A DNA stretch of 64,000 nucleotides from Alphaproteobacteria bacterium. Its GTDB lineage: Bacteria > Pseudomonadota > Alphaproteobacteria > MPNO01 > UBA830. The notes beneath the pieces are model-generated. The model was not told the DNA's origin. It searched no databases and worked only from the letters and a program-made list of their open reading frames with translations. The position numbers and the translations under genes are program-made. Each line of letters begins with the position of its first letter. Within the stretch, counting starts at the first letter, position 1. This document shows, piece by piece, positions 55,509-64,000 of the stretch. The stretch covers positions 1,312,001-1,376,000 of the forward strand of contig OZ219791.1 in NCBI GenBank assembly GCA_964291215.2, in the 5' to 3' direction.

Positions 55509-56423
55509 GTGAGCAGCAGCGCTCCCGCCCGACAGCAGTCTCGCGGCCACCGGCTGGAACGGCGACCCCTGCTCGTCATTACCGGCATGTCCGGCGCCGG
55601 TCGGTTCACGGCCATGAGGGCATTCGAGGACCTGGGCTACGAAGCGGTCGACAACCTGCCGCTGTCGCTGCTGCGTGATCTCGTGCAGCCCTCGCTGAAG
55701 AAACCGGCCCGGCCGCTTGCGGTCGGCGTCGATGTGCGGGCGCGCGACTTCGGGGTGAAGCAGCTGTTGGGAGAGATTGATCTTCTGGCTGGCCGCGGAG
55801 ATCTGGCCATGGAGATGTTGTTCTTCGATTGTGACACCGAGACGCTTCGCCGGCGCTTTACGGAGACTCGGCGTCGTCACCCGTTCACCCGGGGCCGGTC
55901 GATTACCGACAGCATAGAGCGTGAGCGTGAGGTCCTGGTTCCGGTTCGCGATCGGGCCGACCGGATGATCGACACCGCCGGAATGGCGCCGGCAGACCTA
56001 AAGCGCCTGCTCGACGCGGATTATGGCCTTGACCGCGTTGCCGGTCTTGAGGTGTTCGTCACGTCGTTCGCTTATCGCGACGGCCTGCCGCGCGAAGCCG
56101 ACTTGGTGTTTGACGTCAGGTTTCTGCGCAATCCCTACTATGACGACGAACTCAGACCGCTTAATGGCCTTGATGCGCGCGTCGGCGCGTTCATCGAGCA
56201 GGATCCCGAATATGCAGCCTTCATGACCAATCTGAGGGCGCTTATCGAACCCTTGATTCCGCGCTTCCGCGTCGAGGGCAAAAGTTATTTGACGATTGCC
56301 TTGGGCTGCACCGGGGGATGCCATCGCTCGGTGTTCGTGAGCGAGCAATTGTGCAGCTGGCTTGCAGGCAAGGACATCCGGTGCACGATTTCGCACCGCG
56401 ACATTCGCCAACACGACGACTAG
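55509..56423 (+). CDS. rapZ: RNase adapter RapZ
   Basis: ITGMSGAG, VDNLP, TETRRRHP, DVRFLRNP, GCTGGCHRSV. Confidence 0.92.
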   Translation: MSSSAPARQQSRGHRLERRPLLVITGMSGAGRFTAMRAFEDLGYEAVDNLPLSLLRDLVQPSLKKPARPLAVGVDVRARDFGVKQLLGEIDLLAGRGDLAMEMLFFDCDTETLRRRFTETRRRHPFTRGRSITDSIEREREVLVPVRDRADRMIDTAGMAPADLKRLLDADYGLDRVAGLEVFVTSFAYRDGLPREADLVFDVRFLRNPYYDDELRPLNGLDARVGAFIEQDPEYAAFMTNLRALIEPLIPRFRVEGKSYLTIALGCTGGCHRSVFVSEQLCSWLAGKDIRCTISHRDIRQHDD

Positions 56424-56845
56424 CCTGAAGTTCCAGATGATTTCAGCGGTAGAACCACACCAAGCGGTTGATCTTGCTGATAAAATGGCGTAGAGACGGC
56501 ACCTATTTATTTCCATGTACCGGTGATGTTTCTATTGACAACAGTGGTTGTGAACTCCATATGCGTTGCCATGTACGTAGACATCGCCCCCAACGCAACT
56601 CGCCCCCAACGCAACTCGCCCCCAACGCAACTCGCCCCCGCCGCCAATCTCTCCTCCTAGCCAATGGAGAGGATCGAAACTCTGCGGTCCTTCCAAGTCA
56701 CCACGCGGCCCACACTGCTCCAGAAAAAGGCCTTGGACCACCTCGGCGTGCGCTTCCAGCGTTCCCAGTAGCGACACACCCAATTCTCTCAAACACCAAT
56801 ACATTCATAACGATACGCCTGATCGGTGCTGGAACTTCGGACTAG
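56420..56845 (+). mobile_element. Internally deleted IS1634-like element (MITE-like)
   Basis: IRs CTAGCCTGAAGTTCCAG / CTGGAACTTCGGACTAG; N-terminal MYVDIAPN..NSP joined to C-terminal TTRPTLLQKKALDHLGV. Confidence 0.7.
56584..56639 (+). repeat. 16-bp tandem repeat TCGCCCCCAACGCAAC x3.5
   Basis: Three perfect units plus TCGCCCCC. Confidence 0.95.
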
Positions 56846-56911
56846 ACTCGATCCCTGAGCGTCTTCACGCAAATTGCTGATGCCTTTCTCACGCAATTTG
56901 ATGGATATTTG

Positions 56912-57648
56912 GTAACTGCTCACCCCCTGGTTCCGGCTTGATGTCGGGGTAGAGCAACGAACGGGTTTTCGTGGAGATTTGACACTGCATGCCGATTCGC
57001 TTAGTGGTGGTAATCGAGAACGACGGGGCCCGCCAGTGGGCTACTTTGGATCGAAGGCGACGAGCGGGCTGTGCCAGCTGCTTCCGGGGCTCCAGCCCCC
57101 GCATGATCTGTATGTGGAAACGCATCTCGGAAGCGGCGCGCTGATGAAGCGCAAGGCCGGGTGATGGCGACGGGCGGCGCGCGAGGAGTTCGAAGCGGCC
57201 AAGACCGCGGCGCTGCGTGCGGCCGGCAAGGTGGCGGAAGAGGCCGTGATCCGCGTCCTCGTCATCCTGCTCGACATCATCATCGTCGTCCTTCTGGAGA
57301 AGACCACGCACGAGCCGGAACTCCGGTCTGCCGCCGTCACAGACGGACGAGAGCGTGCCGGGAGCAACGGCCCGAAGCCGAACCGGCAGATGGGCGACAA
57401 CCTGCGCAAGATCATCGTCGAGGAGACGGTCGCGGCCTGCGACGCCTGCGGCGCCGACATCGACGGCCCCGTCGATCGGGAGCGCCGCACGACATCGTGT
57501 TCGAGGTCGTCGAGCGCCGCGCCGAGATCAAGGAATGCCCGAAGTGCAAGGCCCGGGGCCGATTTCCCGACAACATCCCGTGCAGTACGGCATCGGCATC
57601 CAGGCCCTCGTTATCAACCTGCTGGTCGCCCAGATGCTGTCCCTGCGC
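56912..57648 (+). mobile_element. IS66-family element, 5' half, truncated by IS256
   Basis: Starts GTAACTGCTCACCCC, colinear with the 45452 and 58782 copies. Confidence 0.9.
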
Positions 57649-60432
57649 GATTACGCAACCTGATGTCTGGAAATTGTCGTGAAGCTGTCAGTCATCGAGC
57701 TGTTCCCATTTGATCTTGGTTTCGGTTTCCCATTTTTCGTCGATGAGGACCGCGGTTGAGAGGCGCTCCAACGAGGCGAGGTTTGGAAAGACCCTGACTT
57801 TGGAGGTGCGCCGCTTGAGCTCTTGCTGGATCGGTCGCTCGATGCCGTTTGAGGTTCGCATACGCTTGTGGTGAGCATCGGGCAAGGTGAAGACAGCGAG
57901 CCCCGCATTGTTTTCCAGCCAGGAAGCCTGGATGCTTGTCGCGATAGCTGGCCACGAGGGTGCCCAGTTCAGCCTCGGCGGTTTGGAGTAAGGACGCATG
58001 GCTCTGAGCTGTTTTCCAATACGTTTCCTGATGTCGTTGTTCGGTGCACGGCGTTTTGTGCCAGGTGGAATTGGCAGCGCTGCCATGTCGCCGCGCCCAG
58101 CACCGCGCGTCGTGCTGCTTTCAGCCCGGCATCCGAGACGATGAAGGTCGTACCATGCAGGGCTAGCAAGCTTTCCAGGAAGGCTCTCCAATGGACCTCG
58201 GCCTCGGAGAGCGCCACAGAGAGCCCCAGAACGTGCCTGCAGCCCCTATTCCGATGGCCGAGAGCACTGCAACATCGCGCACAACGCCGTCATGGCGGGC
58301 TTTTTCGTAGCGCGCATCCAGGATCAGGTATTTCATCAGGGGCCGGTTGCGCGGCGAGTTCTTCATCGAGCAACCTGGTGGCCCGGCTGACCTGAGAAGA
58401 GGACAGGCTCCCGAACTCGCGCATTACATCTTGCCGAGTGGAAACACCCTTGATGTACAATCTCGGCTACGGCCACGGCGCGAGAAGATCGCTGGCCGCG
58501 TTCAAGCGACTGGGGATAGAACGGGTCGTCCCCGTGACCGGCCGTCTTTGGTACCTGAACGGTAACAGTGGGGGTGTCGATCCGTTTGTAGCCGTTGGCA
58601 TAGCCCTGTCGTTCCGGTGTCCGGTGGCCCGCTTTCAAGTGCTGCTCGCGCTCGATTTGCATCGCAAGCTCGAAGAGCTGACCAAAGACCCGCCCCAGAT
58701 CCGTTGCTCCGTTTGCGATCAGATGTTCCAAAACGGCCTCAATCGTCGTAGTGTGTCGCAGGTCCATTCGCTTCCTCCATGGTAACTGCTCACCCCCTGG
58801 TTCCGGCTTGATGTCGGGGTAGAGTAACGAACGGGTTTACGTGGAGATTTGACACTGCAGGCAGATTCGTTTAGTGGTGGTAATCGAGAACGACGGGGAC
58901 CACCAGGCTACTTTGGATCGAAGGCGACGAGCGGGCTGTGCCAGCTGCTTCCGGGGCTCCAGCCCCCGCATGATCTGTATGTGGAAACGCATCTCGGAAG
59001 CGGCGCGCTGATGAAGCGCAAGGCCGGGTGATGGCGACGGGCGGCGCGCGAGGAGTTCGAAGCGGCCAAGACCCGGATCGCGGCGCTGCGTGCGGCCGGC
59101 AAGGTGGCGGAAGAGGCCGTGATCCGCGTCTTCGTCATCCTGCTCGACATCCTCATCGTCGTCCTTCTGGAGAAGACCACGCACGAGCCGGAACTCCGGT
59201 CTGCCGCCGTCACAGACGGACAAGGACGAGAGCGTGCCGGGAGCAACGGCCCGAAGCCGAACCGGCAGATGGGCGACAACCTGCGCAAGATCATCGTCGA
59301 GGAAACGGTCGTGGCCTGCGACGCCTGCGGCGCTGTGACATCGACGGCCCCGTCGATCGGGAGCGCCGCACGACATCGTGTTCGAGGTCGTCGAGCGCCG
59401 CGCCGAGGAATGCCCGAAGTGCAAGGCCCGGTTCCCCGACAACATCCCGTGCAGTACGGCATCCAGGCCCTCGTCATCAACCTGCTGGTCGCCCAGATTC
59501 TGTCCCTGCGCCGTGCTGTCGCGCTCGTGCAGGCGATCTCCGGCATCAAGCTCTCCGAGGCAACCTGCCTCGGCTATGCTTTCACGATGCGTCATGGGAG
59601 GAGGCCGCCGTGGCGCACCTCCTGCAACGCCCGATGTCGACGATTTCGGATCAACGGCAAGTGGCTTCATGTCGTGGGACCCTGACGTGCAAGTTCCCGC
59701 ACCGCAAGCGCGGCCGGGAGGCAAGAGATCGGCCCGTGCTACAAGGGCGTCCTGGGCCTCGTACATGGGCCAGTGTAGCCACCAGCTGTGCGGCAGCCAC
59801 CTGCTGCGCGAACTGACCTTTGTCGTCGAGGCTACCGCGCGACTGATGAAGAGCCTGCTCCGCGAGATCTGCCACAAGGTCAACAAGAGCGCATCCAAAA
59901 CCCTGAACGACGCCGGGCGCAAGCGCTACCGCACCATCAGGGCGCCAGGGAACTGCCCGACATCCCGACGAAAGGAAAACGTGGACGCAAGTCCGACGCG
60001 CACAACCTGCACGAACGTCTCGTGAAACACGAAAACCTGCGCTTCATAGACAACCCCGACGTCAGCTTCACCAACAATGCCGGAGAACAGAAGATCAGGA
60101 TGGCAAAGGTCAAGGTGTCTGGATGCTTCCGCTCCACGCAAAAGCATGGTGCCGGGGCTCAAGCTACCTCACCTCCATGGCCGCACTCGGCTACAACCCA
60201 CTCGTCGCCACCCAGATCGCCCTCGACGGAAAAGCCGCAGACATCATCAACGAGCACTACGACCAATCAGAACCCAACTAGGGGTGAGTAGATACCCTCC
60301 ATGAATGTTTACAGCTCCATGGGATAGCACGATGGCGCCGCGTTTCACTGGGGAGCTAGCCCCCCCCCCCCCAGTGAAACGCCTCAAAGCGCAAACCTCA
60401 GACAAATTTCCAGACATCAAGTTACAGTACCG
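57649..60432 (-). mobile_element. IS256-family element (degenerate) interrupted by IS66
   Basis: IRs containing TGATGTCTGGAAATT; GYANGYK, YLILDARYEK, WQRCQFHL, RTSNGIER..ELKRRT..VFPN; outer limits approximate. Confidence 0.85.
58782..60295 (+). mobile_element. IS66-family element (both ends, degenerate)
   Basis: Both ends present; exact 8-bp target duplication CCTCCATG (58774-58781, 60296-60303). Confidence 0.93.
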
Positions 60433-60637
60433 GTGTAAAAAAAGCCGGATCGACGGCAAGGAAGCGGAGTTAAATCGTTGGGTGGTGGAAGCGGGATAGG
60501 CTTTCGCTTTCGTCAAATTCTCAAGGGCCTATGCAGACGACGAAGCTGCCACCCGCGTGGCTCGGCGGGGTATCTTGTCTGGTCGTGCGCCCGTGCCGCC
60601 TTGGGAATGGCGACGGAATTGGAAACGCGCCTCCGCC

Positions 60638-61502
60638 CTAGGTTGTGTACCCAAATGTTGGCATTTTTGCACGATCTGTCATGTCTTGTAAAAAGCGATC
60701 CACAAGGAGAATGAGGGATGAGCGGCGACCGACACGACATGAGCGACGCGGAATGGGAAGTTCTCCGCTCGGTGCTTCCTGACAAGCACCAGGGCCCGGA
60801 GCGGGTGCATGACCGGAGGGTCATGAACGGGATATTTTTCGTGCTTCGCACTGGTACGCCGTGGCGCGACCTGCCGGAGCGGTACGGTCCGTACACGACC
60901 TGCTTTAACCGCTTCAACCGGTGGAGCAAGAACGGCACTTGGGCATGGAGAAGCTTCAAAGGCTTACGAGCGGTGATGACGGGAGTGACGATGGCCCGCC
61001 CGGCTCGGTTCATCTGCGCATGGTGGACTCCTCGTCGGTGCGCGTTCACAAGCCGGGGCGTCCCGGGACGACGAGCCTTCGCAGATCGGACTGAGCCGTG
61101 GCGGACGAACGACGAAGGTCCATCTTGGCGAGAACGAGAGGGTGAAGACCGTGTTCCTGACCCCGGGCCAGGCGGCCGACTGCGCGCAGGCGCTTCTCGC
61201 CGACCTCGGGCATGGCGAGACGGTGGTCGGCGACAAGGCCTACGACACCGACGCCATTCTCGACCTGATCGAGACGGCAGGAGCAACCGCGGTCATGAAA
61301 TCCAACCGGACATCGCCCCGGCCGCTCGACCGCGAGATCTACAGGATGCGCAACTTGGTCGAGCGGTTCTTCGGTAAGATCAAGGAGTTCCGACGGGTCG
61401 CCACCCGTTATGACAAGGAACTTCCTCTCCGCCGTGCAACTGGCTGCCAGCCGATTCTTGCTCCGCAGAATCGCAAACCAATTATTTGAGTCCACAGCCT
61501 AG
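60638..61502 (+). mobile_element. IS5-family element (degenerate)
   Basis: IRs CTAGGTTGTGTACCCAAAT / ATTTGAGTCCACAGCCTAG; LRTGTPWRDLPERYG, GDKAYD, RNLVERFF..RRVATRYDK. Confidence 0.9.
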
Positions 61503-61740
61503 GTAGCCCGGCCTTCCCCATCTGGTCCAGTTTTGACGTTAGCGTTTGTCACTGAATAATCGAATCCATGTTGTTGGCGTTGGCGTTTTTGTCTGTCTGG
61601 TGGTTTTGGTTGAGTGCTTGCCCACGGGTCAGCCTGTTGGCTTCGGTTGGTTGGTGTTGGGGTCTTTCCGGAATGATTTGTCGGTCAGTTTGTTGCCGGT
61701 TTATTCTCCGGCGTTGGTTTGGTGCGTTTACATTCGGTGC

Positions 61741-62070
61741 ATGGAACAGGCAGAGAGCATAAGGCACCGGTTTGCAGTCCTTTCTCCTCATCTTGACGAG
61801 AAGGGTCGTCGGTTGCTTGCGGCGGTTGAGGCGCAATGTCTTGGGCGTGGCGGAATAACGTAGGTCTCGGATCTCACCGGAGTTGCGCGTTCGACGATTG
61901 GACGGGATCTGAAGGAGCTTGACGGAGTAACGTCGCCGCCGGCACCGAATCGGGTCCGGTGTGCGGGCGACGGGCGCAAGCCGACGACGTAGCGTCAGCC
62001 GGGTTTGCTGCCGGCGCTTGAGGCGCTAGTCGTGCCGGCGATGCGGGGCGACCCGGAGCGGTCTCCGTGG
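61741..62070 (+). mobile_element. ISAzo13-family transposase N-terminal remnant
   Basis: LDEKGRRLLAAVEA..LGRGGIT*VSDLTGVARSTIGR..GRK..GDPE, with internal stops. Confidence 0.75.
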
Positions 62071-62550
62071 ACGGCTCCGCGGCCAGCAAACCCGGCCGGG
62101 TTGGGCCTGTGCAACCTCCCTCTATAAGCAGTCGGCAAGATCGAATGCCATGTGCGAAAGTCCTGCTCCTTCCGCCGCGCCAGGATTGCATGGTGGAAAA
62201 TGTTTTGTTAATTCTGCCCCGTGCCTTGATGGCGCACGTGCTAACAGATCCTGCACCGCCTGTGGCGGCCGCAAACCTCGACGCAATGCTGGCATTCGTC
62301 CGGGTGCGGTCTACGAGGCTGGTCCGCTGCGGATCTGCCCCATTTTCGGTGCGCCGAGGAATCAGCTCGCGCACATGCGCCGGCTGGCTGCAATCACGTT
62401 CCGGGTTCTGGTCGGGAATGCCTGCTGAACATGTCGCGCTCTCGCCGAAGCGGCAACCGGACTTATCACTCACGCCTGATGTCCGATCGGGTGTGATGCG
62501 CCCGGGCTCGCGGCGATCCGGGCGGTTGGCGAGATACGGACTGGATCGCG

Positions 62551-63378
62551 ATGCCTGATCTTCGCTCACGTGTTCTGAAACTGGTCGAGAACCAAATCTT
62601 CCAGAACTGCATCATGGTTCTCATCGTTGTAAACGCGGTGATGCTGGGACTTGAGACCTCGGCAACGGTCATGGCGTGGGCCGGCTTCTTCTTGACACTC
62701 TTTGATCAGATTGTCATCGCGGTGTTCTGCGTCGAGATCCTTCTTCGCCTCTATGCCCATCGTCTTGCTTTTTTCCGCGATCCGTGGAGCGTGTTCGATT
62801 TTGTGGTGGTGACGATCACGCTGATGCCGGCAAGCGAGTCACTTTCGGTGCTGCGCGCGCTCCGGATTCTGCGCGTCTTGCGCCTGGTATCCGCCGTGCC
62901 TCGGCTGCGCCGGGTAGTGACCGCGTTGCTGCGGGCGGTGCCCGGCGTGGCATCGATCAGCGCGCTGCTCCTGCTGGTCTTTTATGTCTTCGCGGTGATC
63001 GCCACCAAGTTGTTCGGCGGCGCCTTTCCGGACTGGTTCGGCACGATCGGCGAATCCATGTACAGCCTGTTCCAGGTCATGACGCTGGAGAGCTGGTCGA
63101 TGGGTATCGTGCGGCCGGTCATGGAAGTCTATCCGTGGGCTTGGGCCGTCTTTGTCACGTTCATCGTGCTTTCGAGCTTCACCGTCCTCAATCTCTTTAT
63201 AGCGATCATCATCGATTCGATGCAGAGCCTGCACGAGGAGGAGCAGGGTCGCGTGGCTGAAGAAACCGGTCATGTGGTGCGCAGGGAGTTTCGCTTGCAC
63301 GAAGATGATTATCGGGAGCTGCGCGGTGAACTTAAAGAGATCAGGAGACTGCTGCAGGAACGGGGTCGGGAACCGTAA
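62551..63378 (+). CDS. Bacterial voltage-gated sodium channel (BacNav/NaChBac family)
   Basis: S4 RALRILRVLRL, WSVFDF, selectivity filter FQVMTLESWSMG, LNLFIAII, C-terminal coiled coil. Confidence 0.92.
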   Translation: MPDLRSRVLKLVENQIFQNCIMVLIVVNAVMLGLETSATVMAWAGFFLTLFDQIVIAVFCVEILLRLYAHRLAFFRDPWSVFDFVVVTITLMPASESLSVLRALRILRVLRLVSAVPRLRRVVTALLRAVPGVASISALLLLVFYVFAVIATKLFGGAFPDWFGTIGESMYSLFQVMTLESWSMGIVRPVMEVYPWAWAVFVTFIVLSSFTVLNLFIAIIIDSMQSLHEEEQGRVAEETGHVVRREFRLHEDDYRELRGELKEIRRLLQERGREP

Positions 63379-63461
63379 TACCCGGATCGGGGGCGGATAG
63401 CTGCCCCGAAGGACGAGTCAAATGACGGCTTGATCTTGGAGGCAGGCGCGGGCAAGGGGCT

Positions 63462-64000
63462 TTACGCCCAACCGGTAACGTCCAGCAGCGTGGTTCCCGT
63501 TACCTTCTGATAGGCTAGGTGCTCGTCCACCTTTCTCCGGAATTCGGGATTGAACCGGATTTCACGGGCGAATTCGGGACGCGCCAGCAGCGGTGCATAC
63601 CAGGCAGCGACACGGGGATGCAGCCGCTCCAGCGGATAGCCGCACCAGAGAAGCTTCATGACGTAGATGAACCAGGCGATGTCGAGAATGGTGAGGTCTT
63701 CGCCCAGCAGGTAGGAATGTCCCTCCAGCCGTTCCTCAAGCTCATCGAGAGCCGCCCTGAAGCGGTCGAGTGCGGTGCGCACCGCCTCGTCGGTGAGCCC
63801 GTTCTCGAGGACGTTTTCCCAGAACGCGGCCTGATGATCCCTTTCCGGATCATGTGCGCCCTGTACGGTGCCGCTGCCGCCCTCGCGCAGGTTCCGGACA
63901 TCTTCGGCCGTGCGCGGCACGATGCCGCGTGGCTGGGTAAACCGGAAATTAAGCGTGCGTACGTCGAGATGGAGATCGTCTTCCTGCTGCAGGAGTTGCT
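63462..64000 (-). CDS. Glutathione S-transferase family protein (C-terminal part; start outside window)
   Basis: LDELEERL..YLLGEDLTILDIAWF..HPRVAAWY..RPEF; frame open to the window edge. Confidence 0.75.
   Translation of the reverse strand, partial: QLLQQEDDLHLDVRTLNFRFTQPRGIVPRTAEDVRNLREGGSGTVQGAHDPERDHQAAFWENVLENGLTDEAVRTALDRFRAALDELEERLEGHSYLLGEDLTILDIAWFIYVMKLLWCGYPLERLHPRVAAWYAPLLARPEFAREIRFNPEFRRKVDEHLAYQKVTGTTLLDVTGWA

Noticed and set aside
56584-56639. Short repeats as a mini CRISPR array
   Set aside because: The units are contiguous with no spacers and lie within a transposase remnant.
60340-60382. C13 tract inside a hairpin (CGTTTCACTGGGG..CCCCAGTGAAACG) as a phase-variation site
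   Set aside because: It lies in the non-coding end of a dead IS256 with no functional gene to switch.

Overview
High-GC alphaproteobacterial chromosome segment (pckA-chvI-chvG-rapZ synteny); a host-associated lifestyle is inferred. Intact core genes (tRNA-Thr, pstS with Pho box, GMC oxidoreductase, MhpB-like dioxygenase, polA, Fe3+ ABC genes with Fur box, pckA, chvIG, rapZ, a voltage-gated Na+ channel) alternate with dense clusters of dead mobile elements. Main observations: (1) three group II intron copies joined precisely head-to-tail at one site (8039-12961), at the core of a four-level nest (ISAs1/DUF4338 > ISKra4 > IS66 > introns). (2) Every mobile element is riddled with short deletions that are shared between copies in a non-tree-like way, while base substitutions are few. 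(3) A 14.85-kb island (32122-46972) bounded by IS66-type GTAA..TTAC ends with a near-perfect 8-bp target duplication carries a Zur-regulated zinc-starvation cluster; removing it restores the stop codon of the neighbouring Fe permease. (4) An ISAs1-type composite transposon (18236-25662, 9-bp target duplication) carries a TbpB-like surface lipoprotein and a poly-C phase-variable FN3 gene remnant. (5) The IS66 elements carry a Dam-like methyltransferase passenger remnant, and two IS families carry DUF4338 (DruA-like) ORFs. Family assignments are from motif recognition by eye; no database searches were run.
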